The notes under the pieces are model-generated. The model made no database searches, was not told the DNA's origin, and saw only the letters and a program-made list of their open reading frames with translations. A stretch of DNA of 63,936 nucleotides, the filler included, from an uncultured bacterium (GTDB lineage: Bacteria > CAYJRR01), in assembly GCA_964372275.1 (NCBI GenBank). It is 3 parts of 3 records of this genome, joined end to end, with 100 filler letters (N's around TTAATTAATTAA, not from the genome) between each part and the next. Parts side by side here need not be neighbours in the genome. Positions count along the whole stretch, not along the records: positions 1 to 24,735 come from CAYJRR010000069.1; 2 more parts are not named here. The stretch is one strand, 5' to 3'. Shown one piece after another: positions 1-9,115 of this stretch. Position 1 is the stretch's first letter. The number at the start of each line of letters is the position of its first letter. Both the position numbers and the translations under genes were made by a program.

Positions 1-49
1 CTACACTTCTACATACACACTCTGTCCCTCCCCGACGCTCTTCCGATCT
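1..49 (+). other. Illumina TruSeq P5 adapter remnant (assembly artefact)
   Basis: CTACAC + 10-nt index + ACACTCTGTCCCTCCCCGACGCTCTTCCGATCT, close to the adapter ACACTCTTTCCCTACACGACGCTCTTCCGATCT, at the contig end. Confidence 0.95.
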
Positions 50-1063
50 GATCCGCGCGAGCTGCCCCATCGCCTCGACGATCTCCGGGTCCTCGACCGA
101 CGTCGCCAGCCCCTCGGTGGCGCGGATCGCGTCCAGGGCGCGATCCCCCTTGATCCCGGGATTTCCGACGGCCACCCCTTCGGCGATGGTGTAGCCGACC
201 TGCTGCGGGACGATCGCCTTCTTCTCCAGGAAGGCGCGGGCGATCGGGTTGGCGGCGGCGCTCTGGCAGGCGACCAGGCGCGGAAGGCGGTCGCACCAGC
301 CCATCTCCTTCATCTCGCGGAATCCGCGCCAGGTGGCGATCAGCATCTCCCCCAGCGACACCGGGATCAGCACGTAGTCCGGAACGCGTCGGCCCATCTG
401 TTGGAACAGCTCGTAGGCGAGCGTCTTCTTCCCCTCGTGCTTGTAGGGATTCCGGCGGGCGTCGGAGTCGAAGATCTTCATCCGCTCCAGCAGGTTTCCG
501 ACGGCGACGGCCACCTCGTCGTAGCCGCCGTCGAAGACGATCAGCTCCGTCGCGCAGGCCTCCAGGTGGTAGAGCTTCTGCGGCGCCGCCTTCGAGTAGC
601 AGAAGACGGTGCTCTTGATCCCGGAACGCGCCGCGTAGGACGCGATCGAGGCGCCGGCGTTCCCGGTGGTGACGACGGCGGTGCGGGAGAAGCCGAACTG
701 TTTGGCGCCGGCGATCGCCGTCGCGCTCGAACGGTCCTTGAACGTGCCGGTCGGATTGGACCCCTCGTACTTCACGAACAGACGCTTGAGTCCGATGGTG
801 TGGGCGTACCGCTCCGCCGGGATCAGAGGCGTCGATCCTTCGCCGAGGGTCACCGTGTACTCCGGCGACCAGATCGGCAACACCGGATGGAACTTCCAGA
901 TGCCCCGGCGCTGCACCGCGTTCAGGTCGATCCGGGACAGCTCCTTCAGGTCGTACTCGAACTCGACCAGGTTGTTGCACTTGGAGCAGACGAGCCGGTA
1001 CTCGAGCGGAAACTCCGAGGCGCACTTCACGCATTTGAGCCGCGTGGCGTAACTGAACTCCAC
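50..1063 (-). CDS. thrC: Threonine synthase-like PLP enzyme (3' truncated by contig end)
   Basis: Frame absent from the ORF track; manual translation from GTG 1063 gives VEFSYATRLKCVKC...CSKC (Zn ribbon), TLGEGSTPL, KYEGSNPTGTFKDR (PLP lysine), TTGNAGAS and EGKKTLAYE. Confidence 0.85.
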
Positions 1064-1072
1064 CGACGCATT

Positions 1073-1759
1073 CTACTCCGCCGGCCGCCAGACCTCGCGT
1101 TCCAGGTGGATCGCCTCGCCGAACCGCTGCTGGTGCTCGTGCGCGTAGCGCGGCCCGGCGCCGGCTCGGAACTCGTCGATCGCCGCCGCCCCCGCCGCCT
1201 CGTAGATCATGGCGAAGCGCATCGGTCCGGCCGCCTCGTCGACCACGCGCCATCGGCCGGCACGGAGGAAACGCCCCGCGCGGCAGACCGCCGGCATGTG
1301 CTCGCCGTCGTACCAGGTGCTCCAGCGCGGCACGGTCTCCGCGTCGAGTCGCGCGCGCACCACGAAGGCGGCCCGGCCCTCGGACCGTTCCGGCGTGTAT
1401 CGAAGGATCTTCCCCTCGGCGTCGACGGAGTGGTTCTCCTCGAGCACTTCGCGCGAGATCCGCGCGCGGGCCGGCCCACCGGGGCGACGCTCGAGCCAGC
1501 CCTCGTGGTGCGCGCGCATCCGGCCCACCTCCCCCCCTTCGAGGTACTCGCGCACCCGCGCCAGACTCGGGGCCCGGTAGGCGGTGACGTAGCGCGATGT
1601 CCCCTCCTGCGCCGGCGCCACGCAATAGCGCACCGCCCCAAGGAAGGCACCCTGCTTGACGACGAGCGGCACATGCTCGGCGGCGTGGAATTCGTTCCAG
1701 GCCCGCTCGTGCGCGGGATCGATCTCGACGTGGACCAGGTACAGCGCCAGCTTCCCCAT
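1073..1759 (-). CDS. Tandem DUF4286/EthD-like dimeric alpha-beta barrel protein
   Basis: C-terminal part of ORF 1073..3517 from ATG 1759 (MGKLALYLVHVEID); two repeats WNEFHAAEHVP and WSTWYDGEHMP. Confidence 0.7.
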   Translation of the reverse strand: MGKLALYLVHVEIDPAHERAWNEFHAAEHVPLVVKQGAFLGAVRYCVAPAQEGTSRYVTAYRAPSLARVREYLEGGEVGRMRAHHEGWLERRPGGPARARISREVLEENHSVDAEGKILRYTPERSEGRAAFVVRARLDAETVPRWSTWYDGEHMPAVCRAGRFLRAGRWRVVDEAAGPMRFAMIYEAAGAAAIDEFRAGAGPRYAHEHQQRFGEAIHLEREVWRPAE

Positions 1760-1785
1760 CGTGCGCACCTCGCGTGGTTCGGGAT

Positions 1786-4080
1786 TCACGCCAGAAAGGC
1801 CCGTCCTTCGGCGAACACCTGCGTTGCCTCCCCCTCCACCACCCGGCATGCCGGCAGCGACCGGAGGAAGAGGCCCCCGTATGGTCGGGAGACGATCCTC
1901 CGGTCGAGGACCACCAGCAACCCCCGATCGCGTCGGCGGCGCAGGAGCCTCCCGAGACCCTGACGGAACTTGAGCACCGCCTGCGGAAGCGTTCGTTCCT
2001 GGAACGGCTCGCGACCCTCGCCCTGCAACCGCTTGGCCTTGGCGATCTCGATCGGATCGGTCGGCACCCGGAACGGAAGACGGGTGACGATCACGTTCCG
2101 CAGCGCCTCGCCCGGAACGTCGACCCCTTCCCAGAACGAGTCGGTTCCGAACAACACCGCCGATCCCGACGCGCGAAACCGGTCGAGCAGGCGGGACCGC
2201 TCGTCCTCCCCCTGTCGCAGGACGGCCAGGCCCGACGCCGCCAACCGGGGAAGGAGCGCGGCGTAGGCCCGGTCGAGGGCGCGATGGCTGGTGAAGAGCA
2301 CGAACGCCCCTCCATCGGTGGCAAGCACCGCCTCCAGGATCCGTTCCGCCAGGACCCCCTCGTGCCCCTCCTCGTCCGGCGCCGGGAGGTCGGTCGGGAT
2401 CAGCAGGATCGCCTGCTCGCGCCAGTCGAACGGACTCGGGAGCGATTCGACCACCACACGTCCCTCGAGGACGCGGTCGATCCCCAGACTCCCGAGCAGG
2501 TAGTCGAACCGCCCCGCCGTGCTGAGCGTCGCCGAGGTGAGCACCACGGTGCGGTGCGTTTCGAACAGTCGGGAAGCGAGGATCGAGCCGACCTCCACGG
2601 GCGATCCGACCAGCCGGACGCTTCGACCGGCGTCGGGCCTGCGGCCGGCGTCGGGCCTGCGGCCGGTCTCGCCGATCTCGATCCACCGCACCTGTTGCGC
2701 GCTCCCGGCCTCGGGCCGGACCAGGTCGTCGAGCGTTGCGGCGGCGCGCTCCAGCGCCTCGATCGACCCCGCCACGTCGACCCACGGACCCGCGACGCTC
2801 GGCGGCCCGACGTCGACCCGGACGCGCTCCCGCACGTGCGCCAACTCGTCGACGAGACCGAGCAGCCCTTCGGGGGGATCGACCAGCCGAGCCACCGCCG
2901 GCACGACCTCCCGCCGCCATCGTTCGTCGGGCTCGTCCGGGATCCGCACGCGGCGGTCGTCGCCCGACGCGCGCGACGCCCAGTACTCGATCGCGTCGAA
3001 GGCCGCCTCCGCCGGCTCGGCGAGCCAGCGGGCGAACGGCACGATCCGGGTGGTGATCCGCTCCGAGGCGGCGAGATACGCCGCCCGCGGGGCGTGCTCC
3101 TCCGCGGCGGCGGCGAAGAGGGCCGCGGAGAGCGCGTGCAAGCGTCCGGTCGAACGGTCGGGTTCGCCCGCGAGGCGGCGAAGCTCGCCAAGAACTCCCC
3201 GGCGCGTCACCTCGATCCCGAAGTGCGCGGAGGCGACCTCCTCGAGGTGGTGCGCCTCGTCGAAGACGATCCGGCGAACGTCCGGCAAGACCCCTTCTCC
3301 CGCACCCTCGGCCCCCTCCGCGGGCACGGCGCCGGCAGCAAGCCCGAGGCCGGCGGCAGGCCCGTGGCCGGCGGCAGGCCCTCGGAGGCGCGCCTTCAGG
3401 GCGAGGTCGGCAAGGACCAGGCTGTGGTTGGCGATCAGGATCGACGCGCGGGCGGCCGCGCGCCGCGCCCGGTAGTAGTAGCACCGCGCGTGGTGCGGGC
3501 AGCGGGACCGCAGGCACGAGTCGCGGTCGCTCTTGAGCGCCTCCCAGAGCTCCGCCGGCGGCGGGCGTGGAAGGTCGGCGCGACCTCCGTCGTCGTGCGT
3601 CTCCACCCAGGCGGCAATCTCCCGCAGCGCCTCGTCGTCCCCCTCGGGCCTGCCGCCGGACTCGGGCCCGCTTCCGGCATCGAATCCACGGCCGGCGTCG
3701 AACCGGTGTGTCTCCCGCGCGACCGCTTCGGCGACCTTTCGCCGGCAGAGATAGTTGCCGCGTCCCTTCACCAGCTGCGCGTCGATCGAAAGACCGAGCG
3801 CGCGGGCGACCAGCGGGAGGTCTCGCTGCAGGATCTGCTCCTGCAACGCGATGGTGTGCGTGGAGACGAGGACCTTCTCCCCCGTCTCGGCCGCGAACCT
3901 CACCGCCGGCAGCAGGTAGGCGATCGTCTTTCCGGTGCCGGTTCCGGCCTCGATCGCGAGCACGCCGTCATCACGAAAGGCGGCTTCGACCCGCTCCATC
4001 ATCCGCGCCTGCGTCGGGCGCGGCTCGAAGTCGGGCAGCGTCCGGGCGATCGGACCCCACGGATCGTGTCGGCCGGTCAA
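1786..4080 (-). CDS. dinG: DinG/YoaA family ATP-dependent Fe-S DNA helicase
   Basis: EAGTGTGKT, KGRGNYLC, Cys cluster CLRSRCPHHARC, DEAHH, TSATL, FWEGVDVPG, QGLGRLLR; likely start TTG 4080. Confidence 0.92.
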   Translation of the reverse strand: MTGRHDPWGPIARTLPDFEPRPTQARMMERVEAAFRDDGVLAIEAGTGTGKTIAYLLPAVRFAAETGEKVLVSTHTIALQEQILQRDLPLVARALGLSIDAQLVKGRGNYLCRRKVAEAVARETHRFDAGRGFDAGSGPESGGRPEGDDEALREIAAWVETHDDGGRADLPRPPPAELWEALKSDRDSCLRSRCPHHARCYYYRARRAAARASILIANHSLVLADLALKARLRGPAAGHGPAAGLGLAAGAVPAEGAEGAGEGVLPDVRRIVFDEAHHLEEVASAHFGIEVTRRGVLGELRRLAGEPDRSTGRLHALSAALFAAAAEEHAPRAAYLAASERITTRIVPFARWLAEPAEAAFDAIEYWASRASGDDRRVRIPDEPDERWRREVVPAVARLVDPPEGLLGLVDELAHVRERVRVDVGPPSVAGPWVDVAGSIEALERAAATLDDLVRPEAGSAQQVRWIEIGETGRRPDAGRRPDAGRSVRLVGSPVEVGSILASRLFETHRTVVLTSATLSTAGRFDYLLGSLGIDRVLEGRVVVESLPSPFDWREQAILLIPTDLPAPDEEGHEGVLAERILEAVLATDGGAFVLFTSHRALDRAYAALLPRLAASGLAVLRQGEDERSRLLDRFRASGSAVLFGTDSFWEGVDVPGEALRNVIVTRLPFRVPTDPIEIAKAKRLQGEGREPFQERTLPQAVLKFRQGLGRLLRRRRDRGLLVVLDRRIVSRPYGGLFLRSLPACRVVEGEATQVFAEGRAFLA
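2627..2666. repeat. 18-bp tandem repeat in dinG (encodes GRRPDA x2)
   Basis: CCGGCGTCGGGCCTGCGG x2 followed by CCGG. Confidence 0.85.
3331..3383. repeat. About three imperfect 18-bp units in dinG (GPAAGH/GPAAGL/GLAAG)
   Basis: gccggcagcaagcccgag gccggcggcaggcccgtg gccggcggcaggccctc. Confidence 0.75.
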
Positions 4081-4093
4081 TCGACGGGCTCGC

Positions 4094-5266
4094 TCACTCG
4101 CGGCGGGGGCCGGAGTCCCAGGTGCCGATGACGTGGACGCCTTGGGTCGTCGGCTCGAAGGCGTAGACCGTCCCCACGTTGCTGGTGAAGAAGACCCGGG
4201 AGCCGCTCGCCGCCGGACGGGCCCATGCCCCCGAGACGCGGAAGCCCGGATCGAACGACCAGACCTTCTCCCCGGTCTCGGCGCGCAAGGCGTAGAAGCT
4301 GCGGGAGGAGCTGGCGACGAAGAGGTAGCCGTCGACGACCCGCGGTTGCGTCGGCACCCCGGCCGGGAGCCGCCAGGTCCACCGTTCTCGCCCGTCCGCC
4401 GGGTCGCGCGCCACGACCTCGCCACGGTCGGTGCCGTGGTACAGCGTGCCGCCCTGCACCACCACCCCGGTGGCGCCGCCCGGGGCCGCCGACCAGAGCT
4501 CGCGTCCGGTCGCCGCCTCCAGGACGTGGAGTCGGTCGTCGTAGGCGGTGACATAGAGCCGGCCGTCGACCTCCGTCACCGAACCGTCGACATCGCGGAA
4601 TCGCCCGCTGCCGACGAGCTTCGTCTCCCACACCGGCGTGCCGTTGTCCGGACGCACCGCGGCCAGGTGACCGTCGGAGAATCCGACGACGTACGCCGGC
4701 CCCTCCGGGAGCTGGATCTCGACCGGCGAACTCGTCCCCTCGATCGTGAGGTCGGCCGGAGGCTCCCGGCGATAGGTCCACAACTCCATCCCGTTCGAGG
4801 CGTCGAGGGCGCGCAACCGGTTGTCGCTGAGTGCCACCAGCACGCGGGAGACCGGATCGCCCGGGTCGTGGACGAGCGCCGTGTTGCAGACCCCTCCGAC
4901 CTCGGCGCGCCAGATCGCCTTGCCCGTCGCGCGGTCGATGGCGTGCACCCGACCCTTGGCGTCGGCCGCGTATACGGCGCTCGCTCCGACGGCGACGGTC
5001 GCTTCGACGCGGCCTCGGGTGCGGTAGGACCACCGCACCGCCCCCGACTCGACGTCGAGGGCATAGACCGAACGCCCGCGCGAGGAGGCGACGAACAGCG
5101 TGTCACCGTCGACGACCGGCGCGGAGGACTCGGCCGGTGCGTATGGAAACAGCTCGAGGTGACGCATCGAAAACGACCAGTCGACGACGAGCGGGAAGGC
5201 GAGCGGCTTGGGCCCGGCGGGGGGCGCCTGGGCGAGCGCGGCGGCGAGGACGATCGCGCCGACCAC
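4094..5266 (-). CDS. PQQ-like beta-propeller protein, BamB/YfgL-like
   Basis: Signal peptide; repeated AxDxxTGxxxW blades; directly downstream of a YfgM-like gene as in the yfgM-bamB pair. Confidence 0.8.
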   Translation of the reverse strand: MVGAIVLAAALAQAPPAGPKPLAFPLVVDWSFSMRHLELFPYAPAESSAPVVDGDTLFVASSRGRSVYALDVESGAVRWSYRTRGRVEATVAVGASAVYAADAKGRVHAIDRATGKAIWRAEVGGVCNTALVHDPGDPVSRVLVALSDNRLRALDASNGMELWTYRREPPADLTIEGTSSPVEIQLPEGPAYVVGFSDGHLAAVRPDNGTPVWETKLVGSGRFRDVDGSVTEVDGRLYVTAYDDRLHVLEAATGRELWSAAPGGATGVVVQGGTLYHGTDRGEVVARDPADGRERWTWRLPAGVPTQPRVVDGYLFVASSSRSFYALRAETGEKVWSFDPGFRVSGAWARPAASGSRVFFTSNVGTVYAFEPTTQGVHVIGTWDSGPRRE

Positions 5267-5269
5267 GGT

Positions 5270-6043
5270 CTAGAGCGTCCCGCCGGTGGTCACAGGGAGA
5301 GCTCCGGCCGCCGCCGCCGCGGACGGGGTCGCCTCCTTCAGCTCGGCGAGCCGCCGCTCCGCCTCCGCCTTCAGCGACGAATCGGGATAGTTCTCGGCGA
5401 ACTTCTCCAGAAGCGGCGTCGCGTCGGACGCGCGTCCGGCGGCCGCCAACGCGCGCGCCCGGTCGAGCGTGGCGAGGTCCTTGAGCAGGGCGGCCGGCTC
5501 GTCGACGGCGCGGGCGTACGCGGCCGCCGCCTCGTCGTAGGCCTTCTTCCCCTCCAGCGCATGCCCGAGGCCCGACAGCGCGTAGTAGCGTTCCAGCGGC
5601 GTCCCTCCGACCGCCCGTTCGTAGGCGGCGGCGGCGTCGTCGTATCGGGTGAGCTTCAGGTAGGCGTCCCCCGCCAGCAGGTGCGCGCGCCGCGCCGACT
5701 TGGTGCCGGGAAATTCGCGTGCGACCTCGTCGAACGCCGCAACCGCCTTCTCCAGGTCCTCCGGCGTCGGCTCCGCCGAGGTGTCGAAGTCGAGCTTCAA
5801 CCCTTTGAGGAGGTCTTCGACGCTCCCCACCATCGCCTTCTCCCCCGCGTACAGCTTCGAAGAGGCCTCGATCTCCCGGTCGGCGCGCTTCTGGCGCCAG
5901 CCGAAGACGCTACCGACCAGCACCAGCGCCAGCACCAGCGCCGCGCCGACGATCGTCGCGTTCTCCGTGGCGTAGCCCGCGAAGCGCGTTCCCCAGGTGA
6001 CGAACTCGTCGGGACCCTTCCGCGTCTGCTTGTCGACGGCCAA
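5270..6043 (-). CDS. YfgM-like membrane-anchored TPR protein
   Basis: KGPDEF motif, one TM helix, TPR helices (FPGTKSA, YPDSSL); TTG start after GGAGG. Confidence 0.8.
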   Translation of the reverse strand: MAVDKQTRKGPDEFVTWGTRFAGYATENATIVGAALVLALVLVGSVFGWRQKRADREIEASSKLYAGEKAMVGSVEDLLKGLKLDFDTSAEPTPEDLEKAVAAFDEVAREFPGTKSARRAHLLAGDAYLKLTRYDDAAAAYERAVGGTPLERYYALSGLGHALEGKKAYDEAAAAYARAVDEPAALLKDLATLDRARALAAAGRASDATPLLEKFAENYPDSSLKAEAERRLAELKEATPSAAAAAGALPVTTGGTL

Positions 6044-6121
6044 ACCCTCTCCTCCGAGCAATGGGAACCGGCCCCTCCCGCCGGGAGGAGCCGGAGCACT
6101 ATCTCACGCCCGACGGCACCG

Positions 6122-7300
6122 TCAAACCGCCGGTCCGCCGGCGCCGTACGACCGTCCCTTCCAGTCGACCGTGGAACCTGCGATCCCCCGCATCGCCGAT
6201 TCGAGGAAGATCCCCGCCACCACCAGGGCCCCGAGCGGGTGCGTCCAGAACAGCCCCCACCTCTGCCCGAAGACGCGGCTGGCGAAGACGCGGTAGCCGA
6301 ACAGCGTCGCGGTCGCGGCCGCCGCGGCGCCGACGACCGGACCGGGAAGGCGCAGGAACGGGCCGACGACGAGCAGCACCGGCGGGAGAACCGCCGTCCA
6401 CAGGACGAACGCCACCACCGCGATCGCCACCCACGGCCGGTAGCCGAGGGCGGCGAACAGGTTCTTGCGCCACCCCCGCCAGATCTCGGCCAGCGAGGTG
6501 TACATCCGGGTGCGGAACAGTTCGCGGCAGAAGACCATCCGGTAGACGACGCCGACCCGCTTCGCCTCGCGCGCCAGCGCCATGTCGTCGATGATTTCGC
6601 CTCGTACCGCCGCATGGCCGCCGATGCGCCCGTAGGCGGCGCGCGAGACGAGGATGAACTGCCCGTTGCAGACGACCCGCGGGTGGGCCGGATCGTTCAC
6701 CTGGTCGAGTGGATTCCCCCCTACGATCATCCCGCCGAGGACCGGCATCACCACCTTCTCCCAAAAGGTCTCCAGTCGCAGGAATCCGTAGCCGGAAAGC
6801 ATCTCCGCCCCGGCGGAGACGGCGTAGGCGTGCGCCTGCGCCAACGCGCGCGGATGCACCTCCACGTCGGCGTCGAGGAAGAGGATCCACTCGCCGGTCG
6901 CGGCGGAGACCGCCTGGTGCAACGCCCAGCACTTTCCCATCCATCCGGCCGGAAGCTCGGTCCCGGGAAGGCAGCGCACCCGCGGATCGGCCGCCGACGC
7001 GTCGCGGGCGATGCGGCCCGTGTCGTCGGTCGAACGGTCGTCCAACACCACGATCTCCAGGTCGGTCCAGACGAGCGCCCGCGCCGCGTCGAGGCACGAC
7101 GGGAGGTTGCGCGCCTCGTTCCGTGCCGGGACGACCACGCTCACCCGCGGGAGGCGCGGCGGGACCGGCAACGGCGTATCGGCCTTGACCACCCAGCGCG
7201 CGCGCCGGTTCTCGCGCCAGGTGGAAACGAACGCCGCGATCCAGAACAGCGCCGCGAACCCGAGCAACGACGAAAGCAGGATCGATCCCACGCTAGACAT
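6122..7300 (-). CDS. Membrane glycosyltransferase family 2 (CrtQ/HpnB-like lipid glycosyltransferase)
   Basis: VVVPARNEA, DDRSTDDT, LPAGWMGK, FLDADV, CNGQFIL, IIDD; N- and C-terminal TM helices. Confidence 0.88.
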   Translation of the reverse strand: MSSVGSILLSSLLGFAALFWIAAFVSTWRENRRARWVVKADTPLPVPPRLPRVSVVVPARNEARNLPSCLDAARALVWTDLEIVVLDDRSTDDTGRIARDASAADPRVRCLPGTELPAGWMGKCWALHQAVSAATGEWILFLDADVEVHPRALAQAHAYAVSAGAEMLSGYGFLRLETFWEKVVMPVLGGMIVGGNPLDQVNDPAHPRVVCNGQFILVSRAAYGRIGGHAAVRGEIIDDMALAREAKRVGVVYRMVFCRELFRTRMYTSLAEIWRGWRKNLFAALGYRPWVAIAVVAFVLWTAVLPPVLLVVGPFLRLPGPVVGAAAAATATLFGYRVFASRVFGQRWGLFWTHPLGALVVAGIFLESAMRGIAGSTVDWKGRSYGAGGPAV

Positions 7301-7973
7301 CGATCCCGAGGTGCCGCGCCAATTCGCGGTAGTCGCCGAAGACGAGCTCCGGCGATTCGGAGCCGGCGGGGGCGGGGTAGCTCCTCGCGTTCCCGCCGGT
7401 GAACAGCGCGGCGCGCATCCCGACCCGGCGCGCGCCGGCGACGTCGGCGTCGAGGCGATCGCCGACGTGCAGGATCTCGCCCGGGGAGAGGCCCAGGCGC
7501 CGGATCCCCTCCTCGAAGGCGCGCGGGTGCGGCTTGAGCGCGCCGAGCGCCTCCGCGCCGACGTCTGCGTCCCACCGCACGTGGTCGAGGCCCATGCTCT
7601 TGAGCTTGGCCTCGGCCGGATAGTCCGAGACGGTGATCAGCTTCAGGCCACGGTCCGCGAAGGCCGCGAGCGCCTCCCGAACGCCGGGGATTGGCTTCAC
7701 CTTCCGGAAACAGGCGATCCAGTCCCGCTCGATCACCCGCTCGCGAAGCGCCTTCGCGTGCTCGACGCTCACCCCCAGCGCCGCCGCGACGCGGCGGTCC
7801 TGTTCGGCGCGCACGTCGGGCAGAGTTCCCAGCGCCCGCACCTCCTCGCGCGTCTTGAGAAACGCCCGCAAGTAGCGCGCGTGCCGGATCGCGCTCCAGG
7901 CGAAGGCCCGTTGCATCTGGCGCAGGTCGAACAACGTCCCGTCGACGTCGAAGGAGAGCGCCTTGAGCGTCAC
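7293..7973 (-). CDS. HAD-superfamily hydrolase/phosphatase
   Basis: FDVDGTL (motif I), VSD, KPHP, HVGDRLDADVAGA; GTG start overlaps the upstream TGA. Confidence 0.88.
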   Translation of the reverse strand: MTLKALSFDVDGTLFDLRQMQRAFAWSAIRHARYLRAFLKTREEVRALGTLPDVRAEQDRRVAAALGVSVEHAKALRERVIERDWIACFRKVKPIPGVREALAAFADRGLKLITVSDYPAEAKLKSMGLDHVRWDADVGAEALGALKPHPRAFEEGIRRLGLSPGEILHVGDRLDADVAGARRVGMRAALFTGGNARSYPAPAGSESPELVFGDYRELARHLGIDV

Positions 7974-8462
7974 GGTCGTTCCCGGATCTCCACCGGGAGG
8001 GACCATTCGATCGTCGCCGGGAAGAGGCAGCTCTTGTCGTCGCACNNNNNNNNNNGCCTGGTAGCGGAGCGACGCCGGAACCGTGCAGGCCCCGGGCTGC
8101 GCCTTCCGCGACGCCTTGAGCGCGACGCGAATCTCGAAGCGCCCCCCGTAGGTGGCGAGCGTCTCGTCGGATCCTTCCAGGCGGAACGGCTCCGCTTTCG
8201 GATAGACCACCTTCCCCGCCGAGATGCCGCACGCCGACGTCACCGAGAGCTCCACCGGGATCAGGAACTCGTTGGCCGCCGGATTGGCCTGAACGTGGAA
8301 CCCCTCGGCGACGCGAAAGGCGATGCGCGCCTCCCCCGCGCGTCCCGCCTCCAGCGGCACCGGGGGGATCTCTTCGACCACGACCTTCGCGTCCGACGCG
8401 AGCGCGCGCACGACACCCGCCATCACCGTCGCGACGACGAAGCCGGTGGGCCCCCACCTCAC
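7970..8462 (-). CDS. Stand-alone DsbD N-terminal (Ig-like, CxxxxC) domain protein, exported; spans a 10-N gap
   Basis: FRVAEGFHVQANP...YPKA...TYGG...LRYQ|A-CDDKSCLFP; removing the Ns at 8046-8055 restores one frame (160 aa) with the DsbD-N YQACxxxxC motif. Confidence 0.8.
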
Positions 8463-9049
8463 GGCGCGGCGAGGAGCGATTCCAGCTTCGCCGTCAGCGC
8501 GACGAGCTTGGCGTCGAATCGTTGCGAGTCGAGCAGCGAGAAGAAGGCGATCGTCCCGTCCCGGTCGACGATGACGTTGGCCGCGATCGGGACCTGGTTG
8601 CGCGGGAGATCGGGCTGGACCCCCTCCGGCGCCCAGGCCTCGGCCACCCTTCCGTCGGCGTCGTCGAGCACCGGGAAGGTGAGGCGGTGTTTCTTGGCCC
8701 ACTTCGCCGCCTTCTTGCGCCCCTCCATCACGTCGACGACCAGCACCTGCACGCCCTTCGGCCCGTACGTCTGCTGCAGCTTTTCGAGATGCGGAGCCTC
8801 CGCATTGCAGAAGGGTCACCAGGAGGCGCCGAAGTGCAGCACCACCAGCTTCCCCTTGTAGTCGGCGAGCGACACGGCCTTTCCGTCGACGCTCTTGAGC
8901 TCGATCGCCGGCGCCGGCCGCCCGATCCACGCGGCGAAGTGCCCCGGCGGGTCGGCGGGAGCGTCGGCATGGGCCGGCGCGGTCTGGACCAGCCACGCCG
9001 CGGCGACGGCCACGAGGAACGACGTCGAAACGACTCGCACACGCGTCAT
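8459..9049 (-). CDS. Exported TlpA/AhpC-TSA family redoxin, selenoprotein (UxxC, Sec78)
   Basis: ORFs 8816..9082 and 8459..8752 are one frame broken by a single TGA (8816-8818) in VVLHFGASW-U-PFCNAEAP, the first-Cys position of WCxxC; redoxin features continue after it (LTFPVLDD, VIVDRDGTI). Confidence 0.88.
8789..8805 (-). promoter_or_regulatory. Putative bacterial SECIS hairpin
   Basis: ATGCGGA-GGC-TCCGCAT perfect stem starting 11 nt after the in-frame UGA, with G in the apical loop. Confidence 0.7.
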
Positions 9050-9072
9050 CTTTCCGGCCTCCGTGGACCGGA

Positions 9073-9081
9073 ACGATAGCA
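9073..9081 (-). promoter_or_regulatory. Possible extended -10 promoter upstream of the selenoprotein gene
   Basis: TGcTATCGT on the minus strand in the 66-bp gap between GH3 and the redoxin, followed by a GGAGG RBS. Confidence 0.35.
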
Positions 9082-9115
9082 CCCCCGTGCCGACGTGCGC
9101 ATCGATCGCGCCCGG

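Noticed and set aside
1-49. AT-richer start of the window as a possible element end
   Set aside because: It matches the Illumina P5 adapter with an index; a technical artefact
1786-4080. DinG as a type IV CRISPR or defence helicase
   Set aside because: The context is housekeeping (yfgM-bamB-like, thrC-like), with no cas or defence genes
3935-7402. Very long antisense or alternate-frame ORFs (e.g. 3935..7402, 15145..18285, 17121..20714, 31072..34401)
   Set aside because: Arg/Pro/Gly-rich shadow ORFs expected in high-GC DNA, overlapping genes with clear motifs; only the 3' part of 31072..34401 (mtnB) is real
8816-8818. Redoxin as a nonsense pseudogene
   Set aside because: The TGA sits on the catalytic Cys column, is followed by a SECIS-like stem, and the rest of the gene is intact; Sec is the better explanation
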